Shown: one piece after another, positions 1 to 12,600 of the stretch
How the letters are laid out: the number at the start of each line of letters is the position of its first letter
Position numbering within the stretch: position 1 is the stretch's first letter
Assembly: GCA_951406725.2 (NCBI GenBank)
Contig: OX597815.1
Coordinates: 47,616,001 to 47,680,000 of the forward strand
Length of the DNA: 64,000 nucleotides
Reading direction: 5' to 3'
From: Octopus vulgaris
Lineage: Eukaryota
Translations under genes and position numbers: made by a program
Notes under the pieces: model-generated
Database searches by the model: none
Told to the model about the DNA's origin: nothing
What the model saw: the letters and a program-made list of their open reading frames with translations, nothing else

Positions 1-36
1 TAGATATATATCTGTATATATATATATATATGTATA

Positions 37-83
<47 letters not shown>

Positions 84-115
84 ATATATTTTGGGATGTA
101 TGTATATATATTATG

Positions 116-705
116 GGATCCAGCAGATTTTTAAATTTGGTCATTCCCAGTAGAGAATTTAACACTGTATATAAATTCTCTACTGGGAATGACCAAGTTT
201 AAAAATCTGCTGGATCCTACTCATAAGGGAATCTTACATTGCTTATAAACTCTATATTTGGAAGGACTCATTTTAAACTCTGTTGGACTTTTGGACTTTA
301 CTCATAGGATATTGGAATATTGCATATATACCATTCTGCCTAAAAAATGGATTTACAACTGCAATACCCATACATATCTTGCATCTATTTTCTTTCCTCC
401 ACCTCACTCTCTATTTTGTATCGCATCTAAGCTAATTATGACTTAACTATCCTCTCACACCGTCTCCGATGAAGGAATATAATTAATAAACAGCTGTAAG
501 ACCTATCTGTAAATGCTATTATATCTACACAGCCTTGGTTTTTTATCTTATTACGCAAAAAATTCGTATATACACACGCTGACATAGAACCAACGTTGAA
601 CCCCTTCTTCGCAAAATTACCGAACCTGGAACTTAACTATGGTCTGTGTATAGCACTTATTCAGCATTACCTGATATCTTTTAGGTTTCAATGACACCAT
701 TATCT

Positions 706-708
<3 letters not shown>
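116..708 (+). mobile_element. Penelope-like pLTR-type element between (TA)n tracts, with inverted 5' end and degenerate hammerhead
   Basis: 46-bp inverted repeat (116-161/172-217, 1 mismatch) at the left end; hammerhead-like motif at 462-502; (TA)-rich tracts on both sides. Confidence 0.6.
462..502 (+). ncRNA. degenerate minimal type I hammerhead ribozyme-like motif
   Basis: GTCT-CCGATGA-AGG...(t)AAA-CAGCTG-TA-AGAC: helix I GTCT/AGAC and self-complementary ACAGCTGT; 3' strand of stem II and G12 appear lost. Confidence 0.5.
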
Positions 709-746
<38 letters not shown>

Positions 747-761
747 ATGTATAGATAAATC

Positions 762-762
<1 letters not shown>

Positions 763-844
<82 letters not shown>
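763..844. repeat. (GATA)n microsatellite
   Basis: perfect tandem GATA array. Confidence 0.95.
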
Positions 845-845
<1 letters not shown>

Positions 846-1489
846 TTAAAATAAAGAAGAAAAAGCGAAACATTTGGCATCACTCGAGAGAAACGTTTAA
901 CGTAGATAGAGAGTTTTGCTCTTTACCTTTTTTTACTTTAATCTCTATCCACCCGCTCAAGGAGAAACCACTTCCAGCCGCTTCTGACAGGCTGTCTCAA
1001 CGTCAGTTTTCAGTTGCAGTTCAAGCCGGAGTTTTAGTGGTAAACCAAACTGAGCACTCATAGTACATGCCTATTACACGACGCGCTCTATCTCTATCTC
1101 TGTGCGCGCCCACACACACACGCATGCATACACGCACACATAGGTTTTGTATTTGGCTTGTAAAATTCTTAATGTGATCTCGTGTACTGAAACGTATCTT
1201 GTATCTTGTTGTGAAACCCGAAGCAAACCTGGAGGATAGAGAGCATGTCATTGATAAGGTCGTGAAGGGCGATGAAAAGCCTTTGACAAGTAACTGACTG
1301 ATTGTTTAACCAACAGTTTAAATAAACGATCGATTAGTTGGTTGGCTTGATAATTAGCCATAAAGAAGTGAAATTGAACCAGTGCTTGCGTTTAGCATTA
1401 TTAGCTTAATAACCCTCCCAAGATATCGCAAGATATATGTACACACACCCATACATACTAACACACACATATATATATATATATATGTA

Positions 1490-1520
<31 letters not shown>

Positions 1521-1637
1521 ATACACAGACAATACTTGAGAGCTAGATATGTTCAGTATTACACTCAGTAGTGATTAAATGAATGTCAAGTTATGTGAAA
1601 TTAAAGTCGGAATTCATCCTGGATCAACTCCGTGGCA

Positions 1638-2045
1638 TTAGGAGTGGCTATGAGAAAAATCCAAGTCGAGCTGATATGGAGATAGTAACGAGGGTTCATG
1701 ATAGCGAAGGGTAGCGAAAGATTCCCTGTAACACAACTTACAAACACGGTGGTTATTATTGTACACGAAAGCCCTATAAATTTCCGACTAGGATAAAGTG
1801 TAAGGAATATTCTGGGTCTTGAGGTGGTGTATGTATGTAGCTCGGGAGATAGAGGCGTTAGAGGGTCCATTTGAGTACGAATTCATGTGAGCCCGGTTGC
1901 GGTGCTTGAAATAAACAGTGCCGCCAAAGTAGACCCTAGCCTGGTAAAAACGTGGGGTTATTACTGAGTATTTATATACATTATAATATAAGAAAAATCC
2001 ATCCAATGGACTTAGCTAAGAGATCCGGCATTTACAGGTTTTCTC
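1638..2045 (-). pseudogene. Penelope-like element GIY-YIG endonuclease remnant
   Basis: Single-frame manual translation with 2 stops: TCKCRIS*LSPLDGF..NVYKYSV..VYFGGTVYFKHRNRAHMNSY..YIHHLKTQNIPYTLS*SEIYRAFVYNNNHRVCKLCYRES; matches the PLE pattern CxCR..PLxG..VIY..YIG.T..FK.R..H..SF..LK..W..Y..CxLC.E (includes ORF 1788..2006). Confidence 0.75.
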
Positions 2046-2228
2046 ACGGGCAGTGGGCCTAGGGTTAAGTCCTATTCTGATCTGATTCATATGATCCACG
2101 AAGTAGGAACGGAGGTGATATCGTCACTAGTATGGAGCCTCTCACTACCTCTTGTTTTTACTATTCCTACTCTCTCCTTTCAATCTTTAAATGCCTAGCA
2201 CTACTATACGAACTGCTTTGCCAACTTT

Positions 2229-2386
2229 CTCTTGATGAAGGGAGCCGTACTTATGGTAATACCTGTGTAGCTGTTTACTGGTTACAAAACCAAAACTTAA
2301 TGCACATTCCATCTGAATAATCGCAATTATAAATATTACGATTATTACATAAATCCGAGCTTCCTGAAACAGCTATTGTGTTAAGA
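2229..2386 (+). ncRNA. hammerhead-like motif with ~110-nt loop II, in a pLTR inverted relative to the adjacent GIY-YIG remnant
   Basis: TTGATGA (2232-2238), AGGGAGC (2239-2245) pairing with GCTTCCT (2359-2365), GAAA-CAGCT (2366-2374); same GATGAAGG...AAACAGCT signature as 462-502. Confidence 0.5.
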
Positions 2387-2442
2387 TACTATGGATTCTC
2401 TTCTTAGTATTCTATATTTTACATGTTCGATGTAAATACATT

Positions 2443-2491
<49 letters not shown>

Positions 2492-2958
2492 TTTGTTTGT
2501 ATGTGTGTGTGTAAATAAAGGATTATACCAAAGAAAATTATAATAAACTAGCTGGTCGAATATTCGGTGGCTAAACGGGCCCCCCGCTTGAGTGACTTGC
2601 TACACTTGTTAGGAGAGTATCTGGATACCGAGAAGGACTAAAGCAAGACCTGTCGAAGGACAAATGAGTTCGTTGTTGGTCGATGGTCATCCAGTTGGGG
2701 TAGGCAATCGCAAACCACCTGAATATCTCTGCCAAGAAAGCACTAAGTGAAAGTATGATGTCTTTATCCGATGGAAGAACACGCGCTTCATCCAATGAGA
2801 GAAGTTGCCCTTAATCGAAAGTCTTTCCTTGTAGTGTCATCAACGCGCTGCAAAAAGTGTATGATACTCGACGACGACGATATATGCTGCATGTATCCGT
2901 TTGCATGTACATGCGTATATTGTTGCATGCAAAAGAAATAAATAATGTAATGTATTGT

Positions 2959-3160
2959 CGTGGAGGCACGTGGCTTGGTGATTAGGGTTTTTGACTCATG
3001 ATCGTGAGATTGTGATTTCGATTCTGGGACTGGGTAATGCGTTGTGTTCTTGAGCAAAATACTTCATTTCGCGCTACTCCAGTTTACTCAGCTGACAAAA
3101 ATTAGCAATACTACGATGGGGAATATACATGCCAAGGAAACTGATGAAATCGGCCCTATC
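2959..3160 (+). mobile_element. degenerate tRNA-derived SINE related to family C
   Basis: GTGGAGGCACGTGGCTTGGTGATTAGGG...TTTCGATTCT head; tail resembles the 48123 copy. Confidence 0.65.
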
Positions 3161-3182
3161 GGATCTTTGTGTTATTTGAGTG

Positions 3183-4086
3183 TATTGTAACATAAATTCG
3201 TTCGTTTCTTTCCAATGTTATTTGAATTGACATGAAAATATTATCATAGTGTAGTTGGGAGTTTTACAGTTGTATTTCGCCCTAAGAACTTTCGTTTATT
3301 GCTTTTGAAATTTGAATAAATTTTACTTCTTGTCAAATATATGACAATAGAATTCCAAGTAGGGAAAAGATTTAGCATGTTCGATACCTACTTCTCTTCG
3401 CTTTCTATCAAGGTTCCAAAGCTGACAGATCTGCTCCAAACATTTGTGCTGTTTGTGGAAAAGGCTCTATTACTGAAAGAAATGCAAGGAAATGGTTTTT
3501 ACGCTTCAAGAAGGGAAGATTCGACCTCACAAACTCTCCGCATCCTGGACAACCTGTTCAGTTCAATGAGGATGAATTTAACGAGCCTATCCTCGAGAAT
3601 CTGCACCACTCCTCTACAAAATTGGTCTACCTGATGGGATGCTCGCATGTTACCATTATGCGTCATCTTCACTCGATGGGCAATCCAGTTGAAACACCAG
3701 CATCTCGGCGTACTTGTTCAATATGACAAAGTTCGCCTCCAACTCGAAATTTTTATCAACAATGCGATTAAAGAGCTCTGTTGGAAAGTTCTATCGCACC
3801 CACCGTATTATCCTGATATAGCGCCTTCAAATTATTTCCCTTTTTGGTCGCTCTCCAACTGTCTGCCAGGCGTTTTGACGTGGAGCTGAAAATGTATTTC
3901 AATGAATTCTTCAGTTAACGACCAGGAGATTTCTTGGCATTGATAATCTAGTGGAATGTTGGTAAGATGTCGTGAACAATGAAGGAGATTGTATTATTGA
4001 CCGATATGTTAAAACCGTTAATGAAAAATTAAGGATCATAATATAAAGAGAAAAAAAGACAAACGATTTTTTCAGAGAATCCAATA
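3183..4086 (+). mobile_element. internally deleted mariner transposon (transposase pseudogene)
   Basis: HVRYLLLFAFYQG...RKWFLRFKKGRFDL...TIMRHLHSMG (N-terminal HTH) and WKVLSHPPYYPDIAPSNYFPFWSL (HPPYSPDLAPSD motif); central catalytic part missing; weak terminal inverted similarity. Confidence 0.9.
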
Positions 4087-4876
4087 TTTTGTTAAATTAT
4101 TAATGTGATAAAATGTACTGTAAAAAATACAAATAATAATCGTTTAGATGTATTATAATCCCACTTCTGAACAATAAACTATACGAGTTTCGACGACTCG
4201 TATATTTATTCTAAATACGTTCGAGATTTGCAGCAAATTCGAATGCAAAATATCCTAATCGCTTTTGTGCACATCACCTATAACGACAATGTATTCATAA
4301 CACGCCCGACTCTTTGGTGCAAATGATTGTAGTACTCCGGTATTATGACGCGTTTCGCCAGTAAAAAGTACCCCTTAACCTTTGAGTCTAAACAAGAGCG
4401 GGTGTCTTTTGCCTATATTTTCAATGAACAGACTGGTATAACAGTTTCGGTGCAAATCTATATTTAATTACAATTATGGTATCCTTAAAGATTGCCCTAT
4501 GATCATATTATCATAGTTGGGACAACATTATTAATAAAATTAATGCAAACTTTAGTGTAAAACACTTTTTAATTCACGATAGGCATACAAAAACAAGAAT
4601 ATGCAAAGTTGTTCACTATTGTGATAAATTAATTTTTGATTCCTTTAAATTCCATTGATGGACGGAGAAAACCTAGTATACTTGGCTGGAAGTCTGTCAG
4701 CAAACCGAAAAAATGTCTTCCTGTAGACTTCTCCATATGTACCGCACATCAAAAGCAATAACAGGAATGAGTTTACATTCTTATTTCTCGCACAGCAAGG
4801 CTTTGCAATATATTCATATATATTGCATTTCTGATTCACGCGGTGTCGTGCATAACACACAAACACTTGTATGGAT

Positions 4877-4940
<64 letters not shown>

Positions 4941-4989
4941 TCATATACCTATGTATATGTATGTGTGTATGTGTGTGTGCGCGTATATG

Positions 4990-5047
<58 letters not shown>

Positions 5048-5430
5048 AATGGTTTTACTGAAGTCCATCCACATAATCCTTAGAAACATAGAGTTGATTT
5101 ATGAAATCTACATACTAAATGTCTAGCTTGTGGCTACCTTTTAAAAGGATCACATCATTGGAATTAACATTATTGGAAACGGCTTGATGTATTTCCTACT
5201 CACTATTTTCTCTACGTATGTATGTTTGTATGTGCATGAGCGCGCGTTTGTTAAGCTGCGCGCAATAACGGATGGTGTAGTAGTAACAACTTCATGAGCA
5301 ATATCTTTATATTCTGACCGAGAATATATTCATGTATTTCATTGAAACCTGTTTTAACTTATAATGCCATGTCAGTGTTTGAGAAAGTATCCTTTATTAA
5401 ATATACGTTGAGTTAGTTAGAGTAATATTA

Positions 5431-5630
5431 ATTTCAAATTTTGGCCCAGGGCCAGCAATTTTGAGGGATGGACAAAGTCGAATGTTCACCTTATACTTAT
5501 TTTATCGACCACTGAAAGGATTGAAAGGTATAGAGGACTTCGGTTGAATTTGAATTAAGAACGTAAAGACGGACGAAACGTCATTAAGCATTTTGACCGG
5601 CGTGTTAACGAGTCTACCAGCTCGTTTCCC
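5431..5630 (-). mobile_element. SINE family A (tRNA head + GTCGACTTTGCCTTTCATCC...GTCGATAAA.TAAGTACCAG core)
   Basis: reverse complement aligns by eye with the copies at 37186 and 48451. Confidence 0.75.
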
Positions 5631-5649
5631 TATTTCTGTCTGTAATAAT

Positions 5650-5852
5650 GATTTCAAATGTTTGCACAAGACCAGCAATTTCGGTAGTTGGGGAGTAAGT
5701 CGACCACATCGACTCTTGTGCTCAACTGGTACTTATTTTATCGACCCAAAAGAATGAAAGGCAAAGTCGACCTCGGTGGAATTTGAACTCACAAAGTAAA
5801 GACGGACGAAATTCTGCTAGGCATTTTGTCCGGCGTGCTAATGGTTCTGCCA
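5650..5852 (-). mobile_element. SINE family A
   Basis: CTGGTACTTATTTTATCGACCC...GAAAGGCAAAGTCGACCTCGG...TTTGAACTC. Confidence 0.85.
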
Positions 5853-6249
5853 CACACGCACGCACACACTTACACACACACAGGTAGGAGCAAGTAGCTT
5901 GATGAGACTGTGATTTCGATTCCTAGACCGAGCCAAGCTTTGTGCTCTTCAATAAAAGACTTCGTTTCATGTTACTCTATTCCACTCAGATGGTAAAGAT
6001 AAATAATCCTGCTAGATGGCTCATTATACGGCATATCCATTTCTTACCAGTGTCCCATCCATCACATCTGGAGCTAGAGAGTTTCTATCCGGTCTTTCCA
6101 GATGCTAAAATTAACAGCCAGGTCTCAAACGAACCACAGACATATCAGCTTGGGTGTGAATATACACGCAACACAATATCCGGGAAGTAAAACCGGCCCT
6201 TTGCTAAGGAAGGACCTTTGATTCTCACACACACACACATATTTATATA

Positions 6250-6481
6250 TATGTATATATAACAAGCTTTTTACAGTTTCTGTCAGCCAAAGTCCACTCA
6301 AACAACTTTGGTCGGTTTGAGGCTACCGTAGAAAACACTTGTCCAAGGTGCCTTGCAAAAGAATTGAACCCGAAGTTGGGAAGAGGCTACCGTAGAAAAC
6401 ACTTGTCCAGGGTGCCTTGCAATAGAATTGAACCCGAAGTTGGGAAATAAACTTCTGAACACACAGCCAGGCCTGCGCCTA
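6250..6481 (-). mobile_element. SINE family B 5' part with internal ~64-bp tandem duplication
   Basis: reverse complement of the GGCGCAGG..TGGCTGTGTG head and CACCTTGGACAAGTGT box; GGCTACCGTAGAAAACACTTGTCC occurs twice. Confidence 0.75.
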
Positions 6482-8324
6482 TTCACACTGCTACACACGT
6501 GCCTATATTTTCGTTTCTATTCTTTTCATATTTTCTCTTCAAAATACAACCGAACTCTGAATGATTAACTTCTCAACGAGGAGAAATGTTTGTAAAATTC
6601 GCTGTGTTAGGTGTAAATATATAAAAATATCCTCAAGAAAGTTATTAGATAAATCACATCATGCGACAATAGATAACATATATCACCTAATAAATACATT
6701 TAAATGGTAAGGTACGTTACCTGATGTTTAAAACTGAAAACATCGATCAAATATTACAATTGTTATCAGGGGAAAAAAATACAAAAGCACAAGATTGTAA
6801 AGGGAAATAGATGTCTTGATTATGGCTAAGTTATGTATCAGTTACTGTAATTTTCTTGTCATAGCTGGAAGCATATTATCTTATCAGTATTAATGTTCTC
6901 CAAGCAGATTACAGCATATTGAAAGGTTTGATATTTGTTTCCGATATTAGAATATATCGTCTTTGAAATATTGCTAGATGGCTCATTATACGGCATATAC
7001 ATTTCTTACCATCGTCCCATCCATCACATCTGGAACTAGAGTTTCTCTCCGGTCTTTCCAGATGCTAAAATTAACAGCCAGGTCTCGCTTAAATTATGTC
7101 GCCTTAAAAGATAGGGGATGCGTAAAATAAGGTAGAACTAGATAGACTTTCTGAAAGGAAAAGTCGTACTCTTCATAGCTGGAATACTTTGACCATTGGA
7201 TTGGTCAACTTGGGCTGACATGGTGTTAAAGAATAACAGCAATTCCATTCTAACTCATATATCAAGTCATCCTTTCAGTCTTATTTCACAACTGATTGAT
7301 TCTGTGGGTGCCCAGCGCTGGTATCTCGGAAATTATTGAAGCTACTTCTAATATTGGTGTAAACAGTTTCACATTAAACGAAATTACACACGATGCGTAC
7401 CAATTTTTTTAAAGATAAACTAGCCTTTGTAAAACATTAAAAGAAAAGTTCATTTCATTTTTAATTGGTCTGTTTTCTGAAGTTCGTTGTATATTGATTT
7501 CTTACAGAGACACAAGTCCTCAAATTTTATCAGAGAATAGAGTTAAGAACAATCTCAGTATTTGATCGATACTTTATTTTATTGTCCACAGAAGGAATAA
7601 AGGTAGCATTAACCTCAGGGTGATTTGAACTCAGATCGGTACTGAACATAAAACTAATTACAACAGTAAATATTATGTTAATTAGTTGCTTATGTGGCGG
7701 TGATATATTGATTAATCTTGTAACATCTGAATGATAGATCATGTGTAAATCTAAAGCCAGTTGTACGAAACAGGAAATGCGACATAGAGAATTACTCGCG
7801 TATGTAACAACGCCATTTCTTTCATTAGAAATCATACGAAAAACATTTGAAGAGGGTCCCCACTCTGAGATGTAACATGAAGTTCAACGGACAACAGACA
7901 TATAAAGTGTCACTGAGGTTCATTCTGGTTGTTTATAAAACTGATCATAAAGACATTGTGCTGTACGAGGCGAAGGATTTAGACCCAGTTTATAATAGAT
8001 AAGCAAAAGATAAGATTTTGAAAATCCCATTAATGATCCATCATAGCTGTACTCAGTAATCGTTGGATGCATTTTCTAATTGTTAGCATAAACAAATGTT
8101 TATGTGTACTTTTCGGATGCGATCGGTTTTAATACAACGAACAACAAGCAGACAGATCGCAGGCTGCTGAGATCCGAACTTGCTTGTGTGTTTTCACCTA
8201 TTTGTGGATGGGGTATCCTGTCTTTTCTTAGTGTTATTTTTTGAAGATTTATCTTATTTTAAGTATCATCTGTTTTATATAATCTGTGGTTTTAATTTAC
8301 ATCCAGTTTGCATGGTCGTCATAC

Positions 8325-8700
8325 ACGAGTGGTTGTGTGGTAAATAGCTTACTTACCAACCACATGATTCTGGGTTCTCACCCCACTTCGTGGCACCTTG
8401 GGCAAGTGCCTTCTGCTATAGCCTTGAGCCGATCAAGGCTTTGTGAGTGGATTTGGTAGAGGGAAACTGAAAGAAGCCTGTCGTATGTATGTGTGTGTGT
8501 GTGTTTGTACCCCCACCATCGATGGACAACTGGTGTTGGTGTGTTTACTTCCCCGTAACTTAGCGGCTCGGTCAAAGACAGCGATAGAATAAGTACTAGG
8601 CTTACAAAGAATAAAGTCCGCAAGTCGATGTGTTCGACTAAAGGCAGTGTTCCAGCATGGCGGCAGTCAAATGACTGAAACAAATAAGAGAATAAAAGAG
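8325..8700 (+). mobile_element. SINE family B (tRNA head, CORE-like CACCTTGGGCAAGTG box, internal (TG)n)
   Basis: colinear with the copies at 15268 and 61786; tail CAGTCAAATGACTGAAACAA.TAA. Confidence 0.9.
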
Positions 8701-9163
8701 TATGTATGACATCCATACCACTATTCTTATCTTTAGATAACTTTGTTTTGTCGATACCCACATGTCATTCTATGGCGTTTATTGTGTTTACTCTGTATGT
8801 ATAAGTCCTTGTGACCAATAAAGAAATTATTATTGTTGATGTTGTAGTTGTAGTAATCGTTGTTGCTGTTTCATAAATAGTTAATTATGATTATTATGAA
8901 AAAACAATCATACACATTTGAAAATTTCCTTCCTGGAAAAACATGTAAATCAAGGGAGAAGAAAATACGTGTTTTTTCTTTCGGTTCTTCATCTGATTTG
9001 AAATTAATATTTTAGATGTTCCTTTTATTTTTTCTTCTTCCCCTGGTTAATTTTTTTCATATGATGGAAAAGTTGATAAAGAATACGAATGTGTGTGTAT
9101 GCATGTGTACGTATGTGTGTGTATGTACGTGTGTGTGTGTGTGTACGTGCGAGTGTGTGTGTT

Positions 9164-9342
<179 letters not shown>

Positions 9343-11276
9343 AAAAATAGACAGAGGAATCGATATAAAGAGATAATGAAATGGAAAGAAAATGACAGAT
9401 CTATGCGTTGGATAAAAAATGGTTTTGTTATTTCATATGAAATGCTTTATGCGCGCGGTTGCTTATTTGTATCTGTTTTTGAGTTATTTTATTTTACTTA
9501 TATGTGAGTGCGTATTTGTTACTGACCATTTATATTTATATTTATTAATGATGTAAGTTAAATCAAGATTTATTTGAATTATAATAGGAAATAAAGGGAA
9601 ATGTACGATAATAGCTTTGTTTTAAGTGTTCAGCTTTCGAGTATTTATTCGACAGTAACCATATTAAATGCTGTAATTATTTACCTTCAAGAGAATCGGT
9701 GAAAACAACTTGAATCGATCGTGGTAAAGCTACAGAAAAGGAATATTCGAAATGAATAGCAAAGAAAGAGGAGAATAAAGAACGCACGCGTTGTGATGGC
9801 ACAAAACAGAATGGAAAGGAAGACAATCGATTGGATTTGAGTATTGAAGAGTTTGCCTTCGTACAGGGGACAAAGGTTAGTTCGTGTTATTTCATATTAA
9901 CATGGTTTAATCTTACCATATCGATTTCACGCTGACAATTCCTCTATATTTCTCTAAATTAACAAACTAATTGATTGAAGAATCACGAATGCATCATGCA
10001 GCCGACTGCGTAAGTTAATCCAAGAGTAATGTCGTCCATATTGACTTGGATGCTTAGTATATTACTCGAATAGCATAACAGATGAAAAGAATGGAAGGAA
10101 AGGAGTCATCCGTGATATTTAGACTTATTAAAAATGGACGAAAATATTTGAAATATTCCTACTGCTGTCGAAAACACTCTTTGAAACAACTCAATGAAAT
10201 GATTAACTTTGGGAAAATATCGTAAACCGCAGGAGTTATTGTGAATACAAAATTATAAACAATGTCATTTATACCATTAGATTTAAGTGGAAAATGGCCA
10301 AACATCAACGGAAAGTATGAAAGAAGCTATGATAAAGAAAGAAGGAGATAAGAGAAAAGTGAAAAGAATAGGAATGAGGAAGGGAAAGGAAGAAAGTGTC
10401 TAAGAGGTCAAAATCAACAAATTTTAAGATCTCATTCGAATTGCAGATAAACTGAGAGCTGAAAATCGGATCTGCTACAGATGGAAACGAAATATTTTAT
10501 GGCTTTATTATTAGAAAATATAATGATGACCTGACACATAAATCTAAGCTGCATACATCTACGATAATGGAGTCATATTTTAAGAGCAATTTCGTCGAAA
10601 GAAAGCAAAATTGTTATTATGGCGGAAAGCCAATTTATTAAACAATTCTACTGGGAAGCATAATGTCCACCGTTCAACCCCAAGGGGCATCCATAAGCAT
10701 AGCTAAATGACAATGTATAATTCTTTAGTAAATAAACCAGTAGCATGTACTATGATTCTTGTTTGCTCTTTCATTTCTTTACGACTTCGCTTATCATCTC
10801 GATAAAGAGTCTAATTATTTTCTTAAGACATACTTGCAATATCACTGTGTGAAGAAAACACATTTTAGGAGATACGTTTTATGGACTATTATTTTTCGTA
10901 ACGTGTAATGTCATAATAATAGATATTCGTCTAGCTATAAACTTCAAATTAGAGAGCCGGAGATGCTGATGCAATTATAGTATATATACATATATGTATA
11001 TTACCATGCACAAATTATTCATGGAGTATAGCCTTTGTATGTATGCATGTGTATTCTGTTGTGGTTTTTCGTACATAAATGCCGGCTACTGCTACAGTAC
11101 TGCCAAAAAAAAAAACGCTATTATTATACCTCTAGAGAATGTGAAACCACCAACATCATTGATAATGTCGTCAGTAGATATTAAGAGAATTATCTAACTG
11201 GATGTACCGCAAGCGACATTACTTCTTACTAATCTCTTTTGTTGTTTGTCACTTCAGCTGTCTGTTTTGTAATTAT

Positions 11277-11500
11277 CTTTTATCTTTTACTAGTTTCAGT
11301 CACTAGACCTCAGTCATGCTGGAGCACAGCCTGAGAGGGTTTAGCCGAACAAATCGATTCCAGTACATTAATATTATTTCTTTAAATAAAAAAAAGCCTA
11401 GTATTTATTCTAAGGGTCTCTTTGACCGAAACGCTAAGTTAGAGGAAAGTAAAAAAAAACAACACTGATTGCTAGACGGTGGGGGACTAGCACAAAAACA
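11277..11500 (-). mobile_element. SINE family B 3' half
   Basis: TTTCAGTCA..AGAC..CATGCTGGAGCAC...CTAAGTTA matches the reverse complement of the family B tail. Confidence 0.7.
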
Positions 11501-11621
11501 AAGTCACATACATATACATTCATACCCCACCACACACACACACACATATATATATATATGTATATGTATATGTATATATGTATGTATGTATATATGTATG
11601 TGTATATATGTGTGTGTGTGT

Positions 11622-11704
<83 letters not shown>

Positions 11705-12118
11705 TGCATTGCGTGTGTGTGTGAGTACCAGGGACCGCGCAGTTCGACTGAACCCTAAGTCACGTGGTTACAAAGCGAATAATTTTTTAACTATATTACC
11801 AAAAAAGTTATGAATTTCTTTGTCAGACACAAATATTCGTAACACAAACGTATGAGAACATCAGTATATTTCATAATATCTGATCTAGATTTTAGAAAAC
11901 TAGTATACAGGACTTTAGATTCACTTGTCATCAGATAAGTTAGAGACAATTTCGTGATTTTGTTTCTTAACGGATATTTTGTGCGCAAATATTTTAACTC
12001 GTTACGTTGTATCTACCCTGCGTTGAAAGGGATTCAAAATAAAGTGAAATACTACATAGTTATTCACTAGAGGTACAACCTTACTTGAAGTCTATATATT
12101 TGATATAAATATCTCCCA

Positions 12119-12333
12119 AGGTGCGAGCTGGCAGAATCGTTAGCACGCCGGGCAAAATGCTTTCCGGCATTTCACCCGTTTCCACGTTCTGGGTTCAAAT
12201 ACCACCAAGGTCGAATTTTCCTTTCCTCCTTTCTGGGTCGATAAAATAAGTACCAGTTGAGGGCTGGGGTCGACTTAATCGACTTACCTTTACCCCCAAA
12301 TTGCTGGTCTTGTGCCAAATTTTGAAACTAATA
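12119..12333 (+). mobile_element. SINE family A
   Basis: GCGAGCTGGCAGAATCGTTAGCACGCCGGGC...GTCGATAAAATAAGTACCAG. Confidence 0.9.
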
Positions 12334-12462
12334 TTTTAGCACATTACGAATTAACTACACTTCGTTGAAAGGAATCCGAAATAAGGCGAAACACCACATA
12401 GATATTCATTGAAGGTGCAACCTTACTCGAATTCTATATATTTGATATAAATATCGCACAAA

Positions 12463-12600
12463 GAGGCGAGCTGGAAGGATCGTCAGCACGCCGGTCAAAA
12501 TGTTTACCGGCATTTCATCCGTTTTTTCGTTCTGGGTTCAAATACTACTAAGGTCGACTTCCCCATTCATACGTTCGGAATCGATAAAAAAAAGTACCAA
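12463..12600 (+). mobile_element. SINE family A (within a tandem duplication)
   Basis: same head and core as 12119, same upstream flank. Confidence 0.85.

Noticed and set aside
4178-4450. Three minus-strand CGAAAC..TH motifs including GAAACGCGTC
   Set aside because: No CUGANGA-like half or stem II found upstream; cannot call hammerheads.
9600-10760. Possible decayed DNA-transposon coding sequence (also ~54000-55700)
   Set aside because: No diagnostic motif recognisable by eye; needs a translated search.
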